The notes under the pieces: generated by a model
The model's input: the letters and a program-made list of their open reading frames with translations, nothing else
The model's database searches: none
Told to the model about the DNA's origin: nothing
NCBI GenBank assembly: GCA_044892525.1
Contig: CM097885.1
Span: 55,986,001 to 56,050,000 of the forward strand
Source of the DNA: Schmidtea polychroa
Lineage: Eukaryota
Direction of reading: 5' to 3'
Length of the DNA: 64,000 bases
Position numbers and translations under genes: made by a program
Shown: piece by piece, positions 1 to 14,200 of the stretch
How positions within the stretch are numbered: the stretch's first letter is position 1
How the letters are laid out: each line of letters starts with the position of its first letter

Positions 1-493
1 AGCCTAGCAAAATAACTTTAGTTTAAACAAAATTAAATACATTTGGCTTCATAATTGATTGTTATTTATTCGATTAGTTAGTCATTTAACTGGAAAATTT
101 ATCTATTTGCTTTTGGTATTTATACAAATCCTCCATCTACTTTAAAGTTAATCCAGCATTCCAAATTTTGCCCATAAAATATTGGGTTTATCTAAAATTA
201 AATAACTTATGCCTCATTTAGTCTGGCGTCCGGCTTTTCGAGACGCCGATACAATATTGGAGTTATATTCCCCAATTAATTTTATTGCCCATTTAACTGA
301 CTTCCTAGAGATTCTCCGTGATTTATGGGCTTGTTTGAAATAATCAATTAATTAATTTTATTATTCTTGGTCTGATACACTTGTTTGCATGGAATAAAAG
401 CATCTATAATATAAAAAATATTCTTATATTATTAAAACACACAAACTTATCTGTTAGTAGAATTTTAATGTTGCATGGTATAATACATATACT

Positions 494-1900
494 CAGTGAC
501 GTAGCTATGGTGGGGCGGGTGGGGCGTGCCGCCCCGGGCGGCATATTCTCGATGAGATCGTCTGTATGGTTCTTAAACCTGAATGCACTAAAATAAATAT
601 ATACGTATATATGTATCATATATGGTTTAACAAAAATATAAAAATATTACATAATAAGATATTTATTAAAATTGATGTGTTTACCCGTTATGAAATTCAA
701 TATATTTAAATTAATTTATAAATATTTAAATTAAATACCCTTTAGAGTTCGTAAGTACTCTTTGAGAGATTTTCCATAAAATAGGACAATCGAACCGACT
801 TTGCTTTGCAGAAACTTTTATCGAAATAGGTTAAAAAAATAAAATTTAATTATTTTATTGTACTTTAGAATCTGTTATTTTATTAGCTCTAGAATCTAAA
901 GTATCAAGTCAAACATATTTTAGCAAATAATATTGTAATCAATTAGTGGAAGTAGAATTATATGTTTATGTTACTAAACAATTATGTTTGTCTTTTAAGT
1001 TAGTACTAGTGACGCCCATGAAGAAAGTGCAATTTAGCAGTTTGAAAATTTATAATTTATAGTTTATAATAACGAAAAAGACATATTGAAAGAAAGCTCC
1101 TTTGAGCTTTTACAGTTCATTCAAAAATATAATCTTGGAAATTCCGTATCCAATATCGTCATTTTATTACGAATTTTCCTGACAATTGCTGTAAGTGTGG
1201 CTAGCTGTGAGAGAAGTTTTTCAAAATTAAAATTACTTAAGATCTTCTATGCACAGTTTACGGCTGAGAAATCTTGCCATATTATCAATAGAACATCAAT
1301 TAACGGAGGAAGCAGACGTCGATGATGTTATTGATGACTTTGCTAGACGAAAAGCAAGAAGAGTAATTATGTAGATTGTAGAATATAGTTTATGGGTATT
1401 AATGTTCTAAGACAATTAAAAAGTATCAGTTGATGATTGTTATATTATATTGTGTTTATTGTTATATTACATTAGTGTCCTTTTTATTTTAATACCAATT
1501 TATATAAACAACTTTTGTATACAATATTTTTAGTTGTTGGCTAATTTTATAATTAATTTATTTTGTGTTTTTTACTCTGTAATGATATGTTAATTTTGTC
1601 TTGTTTTATACTATTTGATATATTGCATTCTATTGTATTATTTAAAAATTAAATATAATGATAATTTGACAATGCTTAATTTATTATATGTTTTAATGTA
1701 TTATAAAACACTTTGTTTAAATAAGAAAGTAATATTTCATACAAGAATAAATAGTATGTATATGTGAAGGGTATGTAGCGTATTTAGAAAGTGAGGCAAA
1801 ATGGGCCGTCTGTTTTGGAAAGTTTTTATTTTAAAAAATGTACAGGGGGCGGCAATTTTAAGGATCGCCCCGGGCGGCACATACCCTAGCTACACCACTG
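494..1900 (+). mobile_element. Non-autonomous hAT DNA transposon with a C-terminal dimerisation-domain remnant
   Basis: Termini CAGTGACGTAGCTA (494) and TAGCTACACCACTG (1900) are imperfect inverted repeats. 8-bp TSD CATATACT at 486-493 and 1901-1908. Internal ORF 1086-1325 has LRIFLTIAVSVASCERSFSKLKLLK, the hAT dimerisation motif. CGCCCCGGGCGGCA subterminal motif near both ends. Confidence 0.9.
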
Positions 1901-2629
1901 CATATACTATAGAAAGTGAGAAAATGGAAAAAAATAAGAAAAAAATAATTTAACACACTATCACAGGATAATAAAATATGCATATAAACTTTTGATTTGT
2001 AGAATTGTTGCATGGAATAAAAGCATTATAAAACTTCATTGTTTAAAATTTATTGATTAACATGGCGGAAATATATTTTGTGCAAGAATCGAATAACTCT
2101 ACTTTGAGTTGAAAAAAAAATGACAAAAAAACTTCGTAATATTTATTTATAAAATTATATTGTAAATTTAATATTTCTGTTAAAACGCTGCCTTTCTGTG
2201 AAGGTGAAATTTCAAATATTCAACCAGGTCCTACTACGTCTTGATTTCGAGAAAAAAATCGTAAATTTTAATAACTTAATTTAAAAAATATAATATTTTG
2301 ACATAATTTCAGAACATGACAAAATTTGATTATTTGATATCTTCGAAAATGGCGAAGATTGCTGTTGTGAAGGTTCACGTGATTATGTGCTTATTATTTA
2401 AGTAATAGTATAATCACACAAGGAGCGATGTTATATCACTAGAAGCTTGAAGAGCCCGAAAGAGTCACCGTTTAGAAAAATATTGTAGCGGGACAATCGG
2501 AGTGCGTGTATGTATTGCTTTGCACAACCAAAAAAGGGCAATAATAAAAATAATATAATATAATATAATGGAACAATTAATTATTACAATATTTACTAAA
2601 AGTAAAATCAACTAATTAATCAACCTTGT

Positions 2630-2945
2630 TATTGTATCTTAAGTTTGTTTAGAATAGACCTTGTTATTTGGTGAAGATAGTTGATATTAAGTTTGGATGG
2701 AATATTCTTTGTTATTCGATAAGGGTTGTTGATATTAGGTTTGAACGGAATATTCCTTGTTATCTGGTGAAGATAGTTGATATTAGGTTTGGATGGAACA
2801 TTCTTTGTTATTTGGTGAGGATTGTTGATATTAAATTTTAATGGAATATTTCTTGTTATTCGATAAGGGTTGTTGATATTAGGTTTGAACGGAATATTCC
2901 TTGTTACCTGGTGAAGATTGCTGATATTAAATTTGAATGAAATTC
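2630..2945 (-). repeat. 48-bp tandem repeat (about 6 units), open on the minus strand as 16-aa repeats (NIPxKxNINxxxxITx); possible terminal exon
   Basis: TTGTTA recurs at 2661, 2709, 2757 and onward. One minus-strand frame is stop-free for about 105 codons after a TAG acceptor near 2946; the other frames are closed. Confidence 0.6.
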
Positions 2946-3634
2946 TATAATTTTTACAAATATTGTTGCTTTAATGTTATTGATTTTTTTCTTTTTTTTC
3001 AATTTTCTATAGCGATAATTTACCTAAGCTATAGTTTTTTTAATAAAAAAAATAAATAAAAAACAAATTCTTCTCCACGTGCAACGTGCGAGATTTTAGT
3101 TTACATTTAACCAATATTACCAACAAATAAAAAAAGTAAGATATTACAATACATTACAATTGCTATGGTTTTGCAAGATTGTTGAGAATCACTAAAAAAT
3201 CAATTGGAACAATAATTTACAGATACAAGAAATATGAAGAAATTTATGGACGGAAACAGAAAATTATCAGATTTATAAGATTCTGAATTGATATGAATTA
3301 GAAGGACAGGGGAGGTATGATCCATGGGATTGAAAATAAGAAATTTTAATTATCATTTTTATTTTATTTACAAAGCATAATTGTTCGGCAATTTGACTTA
3401 AATTTTTTAATTTAGACATAATTTTATTTTTGTAAATTAAATATTTAGATTATATGTTTTCAAGAATTTATCTTATATATTTTCAAAAAGGTATGATTTA
3501 TTAAATTTTTATTTAAATATAGATTTTTATAGTGCTTATAAAATACTCTTTTTTACTAATAATTTCTGAAAATTTTTTTATGTTAATATGATTGCAGTAA
3601 TTTTCTTCTCAGTTCCGTAAATTCAATCTTTTAA

Positions 3635-3855
3635 CCCTTAAATGCATGATGATGTATTTATACATCAGTGTATTTGTCCTTAAATAATTTCTAAACGGTA
3701 ACTCAAACACAGTATTTTTTGCTTTTATTTTGATATTATTAGTTTCTGAACGCAAGCTGTCACAATATGGCAGTTAACTTTTTCAATTGTCAAAATTTGA
3801 CAGCTTGGCGCAGCATTTTCGAATACGCACTTTGGAAAAATCATGCATTTAAGGG
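3635..3855. mobile_element. piggyBac-type MITE
   Basis: TIR CCCTTAAATGCATGA / TCATGCATTTAAGGG, flanked by TTAA at 3631-3634 and 3856-3859. Confidence 0.85.
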
Positions 3856-5274
3856 TTAATTCAATTTTTGAATAAGTAAATATATTAAACCTTAAATTTA
3901 ATATTTCAATTATAAATTACGTTTTCTAGTATCGTGGTTTCAAAACACGTTATAATTAATACTACCCAAATATTTTTGAATACAAAATTGTTGTGATGTA
4001 GTGATCGAATTTGATCTGATTGTGATATTCATTGAACTGTAGTCCTGGTACTGACTGATGAATTGCATCTGAATTTCTGGTATAATTTTGGTTTCTATAA
4101 TCCATCTTTTTATGCTTTGTTGTAGTATTTTTTGAACATGCATTTTTTGTTTATTAAATCAAGTCCTCTTTTTTTATATTTTAAATTATTGTACAATATA
4201 ATTTAGTATAATAAAATATTATATTATATTATCTATTTAAGTAAATATCTAAATACTAATAAAGCGGAGGCATTATATCTAGGCTTTTCTTCTATATTTC
4301 CCATGATTTCTGTTAATATATCATCATTTTCAAAATTTCTTAAAATCTTTTTAATTGGAATTTTATTGAATAAATTATAATTTACATTGCTTTCTTTTTC
4401 TTCTCTCCTACTTATGAAAAAGTGAAATGTGATAAAACGCTTGAAATATCCTCAAATTGTTTATTTTATTATTAAATATTACCTTAATAAGATATTTTGG
4501 CCATAATTTATGTTACTTGTGTATATATTTTATTATAGGGTTGTTGCGGTAGATTCTACTAATGATCCAAATAGTAATTGTTTAAACTTAAGAATTTTTA
4601 GTAAAATTAAAACTCAAAAATCAATACTTTTCGGGAGGAATAAATGAAGTAAGTATTTAATGATAGGCATAAACAAATTTAATAATTAATAATCGAATGG
4701 GATTCACTGGGAAGCTTATATTTTAAATTACAAGCAAATTAATTAAAAAATTGTTCACGCCATTTAATCATCAGCAATGAGCTACACGTATGCCAGGAAA
4801 AGGAATATTGTTTTAAATACACATAAATGGCAGCAGATTTATTGAAAGAAAGAAAAACTGCCAAAGGCTAGTTCAAGTTAAAAAATTCCTATTGCGAAAT
4901 CTTAATCATTGTAAGCAAAATATTTGAAGGAAATGGCTATTATATTATGCCTGGGAATCCGTTGTAATGACCTTCTACGGCGGACTTAGTGAGTAATAAT
5001 ACACCATACGGAGAAAAGGCGTTGATTCAGAGCTTTGATTGCTTATAAACTATTCTTGTATTTCAACAAGACAAATACCATCAAGTGTTCCTCTCTGTTG
5101 AAACTTTCAACTTTTGAGAAGTTATTGGAATAATAGGATGAATGGCATTTGAAGATTAGAAATAGGAATTTGATCTATGAAAAGATCCATGACAAGATCC
5201 ATGGTAAAAGAGTCATCCACGCCATCCCTTAGTCTATTATTAAAGTTACAATGTTAAAATATCAACTTCTTTTA

Positions 5275-8200
5275 TTAATTCATATTCATTTTACAAATAA
5301 ACTTCTGTTTAATGTCACAATTGGTGAATTTTGTCACCAAATCTTTGTCAAATTTGTTTACGAATGGGCATCGGTCCGAGGGGCTATCATTTGATTCAGC
5401 ACTATGAAAGAAATGATGATACAACGAAAATATTGAAAATAATTACCCATAGTATTTCAAAGTTTTCCTTCTCAAAATCATTTGATTATAAGCGAGAGCT
5501 CGTTGAATTTCTACAATGGCATTGGTAATCAAATTAGAACTTAGATTAAGATCGGAGAATTTATTTTGATTCAAAGATCGTCTTTTGCGAGTATGATCTT
5601 CTTCCACTACATTTTTGACCCAAGTCTTTGTTTCTGAATTGTATACATAGCCATTTGTAATTGCTTCATTAATTTTAGTAAACAATTCAACAATCTGACT
5701 GAACCAGTCAACGAATTGGCTGTCGACTTCGCCAAACTCTTCATTTTCAACGAAAACAATCATTTTTTTTACATCTGTTTTGACTTGTTGACGATTGCTC
5801 TCATCTATATACTTTATTAGACTTTCCCAGTTCCATTGTTTCAAAGAGTTGACGTTTTCTTTGATTTTGGTTTTCATTGATTCTGTCAAGACGAACTTTT
5901 CTTCACTTTTTGTCACTTGGGTGGTGATCAATTGCACTATCTTTTGCAGTTCATCAATCCATTTGAAATCTATTTTTTGATATTCTTTAGACTGAACTAA
6001 AGACAAAAGATTTTCTATTCTTGCAATCCATAGATTAACATCGATTCCTTCCACATTTTGAAGAAGTTCTTTCCAGTTGCTTGGTAAATTGATTTGAATC
6101 TTTTCAATGACTTTAACATTTTTAGTGTTATCAGTTTCTGTTAATTTTGTTTTCGTCTCCTTAATGTTTTGAATGATTTCAAAAACCCAGTTGAGAAATT
6201 CGGTGTCGATTTTATCGTATTCTCTATTTTGTACCAGGATTATGAATCTTTTGATTTTCTCTTTTATTTCCGGTTTGTTAACACCTTCAATTTCATCTAT
6301 GATATCAACCCACCTTAACTGATTCAAAATATCGACAAATTTATGAGACTTCTCCATTACTATCTTCAAATTTTCATCAATATTTTCTGTTTCTTTTGTA
6401 ATCTTCCTTACGGTTTCAAGTTGAGTTACAATAGTGCTGATCCACTTTAATAAGTCTTCATCTATGTTATCGTAATCTTTATTTTTGATAAGGAAAATAA
6501 TATATTTGATTTTCATAAGAGTGTCCCGTTTGTGATGATCGACAACATATTTTATTAAGTTCTCCCAGTTCCATTTTTCCAAATATTTAACCCTTTTGAT
6601 GACTTTATGGATGATTCTTTTCCTCTCTTTTGATATAAACTTTCGACGATGTTTTCGGTGAACCTTTTTCCAGTGAAATAAGTTACTAATATGAATTTTT
6701 TTGTGGAAATTGAAATTTTTGTGTGGTCTGAACTTGTTGATTTTACTAATATGTTTTTGGTTGTGAAAATTGAAATTTTTGTGCGGTCTGAACTTGTTGA
6801 TTTTTCGATACCCTTTAGAGGAACATCGTTTTTTTCGAATTTTATTTTCAACTTCAACTGTGTTTTTCGTCCAGGTTCTTGTGTTTGGGTCATAAACATA
6901 TCCATTCTCTATTGCGTAGTTGATTTTTTTGAATTCCTCAAAGATTTGAATGAACCAATCTATTGTATCGGGATCGAGTTTATCCGTTTCTCCGTTCTCA
7001 ATGACATATATTATTTTATTAATATTTGTTTGAATGGGTTCTCGTTTATCTTCATCGATATATTGAAGAAAGTTTTCCCAATTCCAGAGTTTCAAAGAGT
7101 TGATATTTGTTGTTACTGTTTGGATTGAAACCTGATTAAAGTTCGGTCTCGGTCGTCGTGGCTTACCTCCAATATTGATACCAATACTAATGTGAGGAAT
7201 AAGTTTTTTTGCAACACCATGCAATAAATTTAATAAAATACATCTTTTTTTTCTTATATTGTTCTCTACTTCAACAACTGTCTTTACCCATGTTTTTGTC
7301 TTTTCATCATAAACATAGCCATTGGTTGTTGCATAATACATTTTATTAAATACCTCAAACATTTGGTTAAACCAATCCACTGACTCAACATCCAATTTGT
7401 CATATTCTCCACTTTCAATAATTGTTATGACATTGTTTACACTTTTTCGAACTTCTTCTCTCTTATCCCCATCAATGTATTTCAAATACGTTTCCCAATT
7501 CCATTGTTTTAAGGAGTTTACGTTATCTTTCACGGTTTTAATTGTAACTTCATTAACTGTCGGCTTTTCCACAGTTTTTGTCGACTCTTCCGTTATTAAA
7601 TCAACCAAATTTTGGAGTTCGTCTATCCATTCAAAGTCAATTTTATCGAATTCTTTGAGTTCTATCATTGGCAGCAATAATTGAATTCTTTTTATCCAAA
7701 GATCGACATTGATATTCGGTAAATTTATTATCACTTCCATCCAATTGCTCGGTAAATTTACGAGCACTTTTTTGGCGATTTCGATTCGCTTCTGTTTTGT
7801 TGACCCGGTGAGTCGAATATTTGCGTTTTGTAGGGATATTATGATTTGAGAGACCCAGTTTAGGAATTTCCGATTGATTTTGTGATACTTTCCTTTGTTT
7901 ACGTAACTAATAAATTTGTTGATTTTCTTGAAAACCTTTCGCTTGTTAAATCCATCAATCGAGTCGATGAGCTCATTCCATCTCAATTCATTGAGAATTA
8001 CAAGATATTTATGGGACATGTCAATGATGAAATTAAGTTTATCTTTTCTTTTTAAATGGCCAAATCTTCCTAGGATGCTGATTCTCGGTCGATGTTTATG
8101 AAATCTTTTGAAAAGTTTAAATGAACATCGTTTCTTTCGGATTTTATTTTCAACTTCAACTGTGTTTTTCGTCCAAGTTCTTGTGTTTGGGTCATAAACA

Positions 8201-11200
8201 TATCCATTCTCTATTGCGTAGTTGATTTTTTTGAATTCCTCAAAGATTTGAATGAACCAATCTATTGTATCGGGATCGAGTTTATCCGTTTCTCCGTTCT
8301 CAATGACATATATTATTTTATTAATATTTGTTTGAATGGGTTCTCGTTTATCTTCATCGATATATTGAAGAAAGTTTTCCCAATTCCAGAGTTTCAAAAA
8401 GTTAATATTTGTTGTTACTGTTTGGATTGAAACCTGATTAAAGTTCGGTCTCGGTCGTCGTGGCTTACCTCCAATATTGATACCAACACTAATGTGAGGA
8501 ATAAGTTTCTTTGCTGCACCATGTAGCAAATTCAGCAATATGCATCTTCTTTTCCTCCTGGAGTTTCCATTTTGTGTTATATGTTTAACCCAGGTTTTTA
8601 TTTTGCTATCATAAACATATCCATTGTTCATGAATTCCTTTATTTTACTAAAAGTTTCAAAGATATTATAGAACCAATTGACTGTTTGAACTTCAAGTTT
8701 TTCGAAACTTCCGTTTTCTACAATTGAAATAAGGCCTTGAATTTCGCTTTGAATCTGTTGGCGATTATTCTCATCAATATATATTAACAAAGAATTCCAA
8801 TTCCAATTTTTTAACTGATTGACGAAACCTTTCAATTTTTCAATCGAAGCTTCATTTAGGAAAACTTCTTTTTTCATTTTTATCGATTCCTGAGAAATCA
8901 AATTGACAATTCTTTCCAATTCTCCAATCCATTCGAAATCTATTTTCTGATGATTCTTTGACTTCATAATTGTCAACAACTGTTGTATTCGGCTTGTCCA
9001 TAATTGAAAATCGATTCCATCAATTCTCTGCAAAAGTTCCTTCCAATTGCTTGGTAGAGTTAATTGGATATTCTCAGTAATTTTCAGAGTTTTATTTGCG
9101 GTGGTTTTTGATTGGTTGATTCTTTTTAAAATATTAATTATATCTGTTAACCAATTAATGAGATTTTCATCGATTTTATCAAAGTTTTTATTTTGGACGA
9201 AATTAATAAAAGTTTTGATTTTATTTATAACTTCTATTCTGTCGGTTGATTCGATTTGCTGAACTAATTCTTCCCATTTCAATTCAACTAAATAGTTGAA
9301 ATATTTATATGATATTTCAGTTAAAGTTTTTAAATTAGTCTTTTTCACCTTTTCATTGGCTGCGTTTATTTCATGCGCTTTTCGTAGAGTTTTGATTATT
9401 TCTAAGATCCAATTTAATAAATCAACGTCGATATTTTCAAATTGTTTATTTTCTACAAGTTGAATGAAAGTTTTTATTTTATTGATAACATTTTGTCGAT
9501 CCTTTTCGTCGATATATTTCGTTAACTCCTCCCATTTCAATTCGTGTAAAGCTTCAATATATTTTATTGATTTATCTGTAATTGATTTTATATTAGTTTT
9601 GTTTTCATTTGTAATTTTAGTTTCTTTGATTTTCTTAAATGTTAAAATAATTTCTTTAATGGAATTTATTGTTTCTTCATCGATATTTTTGTATTGCTTA
9701 TTTTTAACATTGGAAATAAATATTTTTATTTTATTTGTCACATCTCGTCGATTAGATTCGTGGATATATTTGATTAATTCTTCCCAGTTTAATTGATTTA
9801 AATCTGTAATTAAAGGATTTAATTTTTCAGTGACAACTGCCAAATCGATTGTTGGTTTTTCTCGGTCTGGTTCATCTGGAAGATTGAAGATTTCAAGCAA
9901 CTCAAGGAGCCAAGAATAATCTATTTTGTCAAGTTCGTTAGAATTAATAAGTTCATTTATTGTTTTTATTCTTCCTGTCCATTTTGTTTTATTAATGTTT
10001 CTAGACTCCTCAATAATTTTCATCCAATTTTCACTAAGAATTGGTTTGAGTTTTGTTATAATTTTCTCTTTTATTAAATGAATCTTTTCCTTGGGAATTT
10101 TGTCTATATTGATCTTGCGAAACTTTTTGAAGATGACTCGGATTCGTTTGTAAAGATTTTCATCGATTTCCTTGAATTTGTTTTCTTTTACTAATTTCAA
10201 TACTAATTCGATTTCTTTTTTAACGTTTTCTCTATCTTTTTCATCTATATTTTTGATAAGATCTGGCCAATTCCACTTGATCAATCTATTGACAAATTTT
10301 TTGACATTTCTTGTAATAACTGTAATTGTTATTGGTCCCTTAGTAGTAGGCTTTCTGATAATCTTGATTAATCTGTTGAATTTCTGTAACCATTTCAAAT
10401 CAATTTTATCTGGTTGATTAAGTTTGATCAATTGAATGAGTTTATTAATGCGATTGGTCCATTTGACTTTATCGATTCCTTTTGTTTCATTGATGACTTT
10501 CTGCCAGTTTGTATCGATGATGAATTTAAGTTTGTTCAATAATTTTTCTTTTTGAACTTGGATTTCTATTTTTGGTTTTTTGTTGTCTCTGATCTTTCGA
10601 ATAGTTTTGAAGATGACTCGGATTCGTTTGTAAAGATTCTCATCGATTTCCTTGAATTTGTTTTCTTTTACTAATTTCAATACTAATTCGATTTCTTTTT
10701 TAACGTTTTCTCTATCTTTTTCATCGATATTGTTGATAAGATCTGGCCAATTCCACTTGATCAATCTATTGACAAATTTTTTGACATTTCTTGTAATAAC
10801 TGTAATTGTTATTGGTCCCTTAGTAGTAGGCTTTCTGATAATCTTGATTAATCTGTTGAATTTCTGTAACCATTTCAAATCAATTTTATCTGGTTGATTA
10901 AGTTTGATCAATTGAATGAGTTTATTAATGCGATTGGTCCATTTGACTTTATCGATTCCTTTTGTTTCATTGATGACTTTCTGCCAGTTTGTATCGATGA
11001 TGAATTTAAGTTTGTTCAATAATTTTTCTTTTTGAACTTGGATTTCTATTTTTGGTTTTTTGTTGTCTCTGATCTTTCGAATAGTTTTGAAGATGACTCG
11101 GATTCGTTTGTAAAGATTCTCATCGATTTCCTTGAATTTGTTTTCTTTTACTAATTTCAATACTAATTCGATTTCTTTTTTAACGTTTTCTCTATCTTTT

Positions 11201-14200
11201 TCATCAATATTTTTGATAAGATCTGGCCAATTCCACTTGATCAATCTATTGACAAATTTTTTGACATTTCTTGTAATAACTGTAATTGTTATTGGTCCCT
11301 TAGTAGTAGGCTTTCTGATAATCTTGATTAATCTGTTGAATTTCTGTAACCATTTCAAATCAATTTTATCTGGTTGATTAAGTTTGATCAATTGAATGAG
11401 TTTATTAATGCGATTGGTCCATTTGACTTTATCGATTCCTTTTGTTTCATTGATGACTTTCTGCCAGTTTGTATCGATGATGAATTTAAGTTTGTTCAAT
11501 AATTTTTCTTTTTGAACTTGGATTTCTATTTTTGGTTTTTTGTTGTCTCTGATCTTTCGAATAGTTTTGAAGATGACTCGGATTCGTTTGTAAAGATTCT
11601 CATCGATTTCCTTGAATTTGTTTTCTTTTACTAATTTCAATACTAATTCGATTTCTTTTTTAACGTTTTCTCTATCTTTTTCATCGATATTGTTGATAAG
11701 ATCTGGCCAATTCCACTTGATCAATCTATTGACAAATTTTTTGACATTTCTTGTAATAACTGTAATTGTTATTGGTCCCTTAGTAGTAGGCTTTCTGATA
11801 ATCTTGATTAATCTGTTGAATTTCTGTAACCATTTCAAATCAATTTTATCTGGTTGATTAAGTTTGATCAATTGAATGAGTTTATTAATGCGATTGGTCC
11901 ATTTGACTTTATCGATTCCTTTTGTTTCATTGATGACTTTCTGCCAGTTTGTATCGATGATGAATTTAAGTTTGTTCAATAATTTTTCTTTTTGAACTTG
12001 GATTTCTATTTTTGGTTTTTTATTGTCTTTGATCTTTCGAATAGTTTTGAAGATGACTCGGATTCGTTTGTAAAGATTTTCATCGATTTCCTTGAATTTG
12101 TTTTCTTTTACTAATTTCAATACTAATTCAATTTCTTTTTTAACGTTTTCTCTATCTTTTTCATCAATATTTTTGATAAGATCTGGCCAATTCCATTTGA
12201 TCAATCTATTGACAAATTTTTTAATAAAGCTGAGTTTTGGTTTCATTGGATATGATTTTCTGTGAATTAATTTTAGAATTCGTCTAAATTTCAGTAACCA
12301 ATTGAAATCGATTTTATCTATTTCGTTGTTGTTGATCAATTGAATGAGTTTATTGAAGCGCGTGGTCCACTTGACTTTATCGACTCTCTCTAAACCATTA
12401 ATAATATTCAACCAGTTAGAATCGATAATTAATTTTATCTTTTTCAGTAAAACTTCTTTCCTAACTTTGACATTTCCTTTCGGATATTTGGTTTGTTTGA
12501 ATTTGCGTAAAATTTTAAAAATCACTCTAAACTGTTTTAACCAATCAATATTGATTTCATTGAAACGTTTCTCTTTAATAATTCTTTTCAATAATTCTAT
12601 CTCTTTGGTTATATGGCTCTTTTCCTTTTCATTTAGGTCAACTATTAAATTTCTCCAGTTCCATTTTTTCAAAAGTCGTAAATAAAATTTCAATTTTTTT
12701 ATTTGTCGCTCTTGATGAATATAATTGATTTTTATTTTCCCATTGAATTTTTCAATTATTGGTTTAAATTCCGTCAACCAATTAACATCAATTTCGTTGT
12801 AGCGTTTTAATTTGATTAAATTTATCAATTTATTAAATCTTTCAATCCATTGATTTTTATCGATTCCTTCTAATTCATTAATAATTCTCCTCCAATCTAT
12901 CGATAAAATAAGTTTTAGACGTCGAATTAGGTTTGCTTTGGTTCGAGAGCCATATTTTATATGAATCCTCCATAGTCGTTTTAGCAGCCTCATCACGAAG
13001 TTAACATTTTCTATCAACTCTAGATTGATGCTGTCAAATTCTTGTCTGTCGGTTAAAAGAAACAATTTATTAATAGTTTCTGTGACACGTTCTTTGTACT
13101 TCCCACTGACAAATTTCAAAAGTTCAGTCCATTTCCACTTTTTCAGCCATTCAATGTGAGTTTTCCATTGAAATAGTAAACGTTTTTTGTAACTCTCTTT
13201 TCCGTGGATTTTTAATCGTAATTTATATATTATCTTTTTCCATTCGTTTAGTGAATTCAAATCGAGTTTGTTAAATTGTTTGTTTTTTACGAACCATTTT
13301 ACTTTAGATAATTTATTATTCCACTCTCCTTGCAATTTTGGATCCAAAGTTGATAAAAAGCTTTTAATTTGACCATTGCCTAACTCATCAATCAATTCGG
13401 TCCATTGGTCACTAGTGCGAATAATTTGTTGGTGAATTCGAGATTTTCTTAATATTTCATAAGTGGACTTCCATTTCTTCAACAGGTTAGGATCAAGGTT
13501 TTTATTTCCATTTGTTTTAACAGCTTCAAATATTTTTTTAATGTTTCTTTTAATTGCAACTTGATCTGTGTCTTTTGTGTTTTCTACGAGTTGTTCCCAA
13601 TTCCAATTTTTTACTTGTTCAACAGTTGTGATAATTGTTTCGCTCTCAGGTTCTTCTATCTGGAACATTTATTACTAGATTTGTGAAATTTGGATGCTAT
13701 TTACTTACCACAAATGACCTTCGTTTACGATTGAGAATAATTGTTATTTTGTGAGGTCTAAAATAAAATATATATTTTATCTTGAAGTAATAATCTTATT
13801 AATTTTAAAAATGCTTTATGTGTGCTTTAGAAAAAACATCGTTTATTGCATTGTATGCTATGAAATCTACATTGGAAGTACACTCAGAACCTTGCACCAA
13901 AGAGTTAAAGAACATCTAGATCCTGGTGGAAAATCCTCGATAAACAGACATCTCCAACAATGTTAACCAGCAAAGTAAAGAAAAATATTTCAATCAAAAT
14001 CGTAGCCAATAGAAACATCCAAAAAAATGTCAAATTCGAAGAAGCAATTCTCATTATAAACAGAAAAATCAACACTAAAGAAGAAATCAATGAAATCGAC
14101 AATTTGATCTGTTGTCATTGACCTTGAGAATAACTGATAATATATAAAAAATATAAAAAAAGTAATAGATAAAATAATATAGAAATTTTAAGAAATATGC

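Noticed and set aside
4950-5250. Third paralog remnant (minus-strand VRRRRSL resembling NRKRRSF)
   Set aside because: Surrounded by stops; no Trp module or CTLD cysteines recognised; could be chance.
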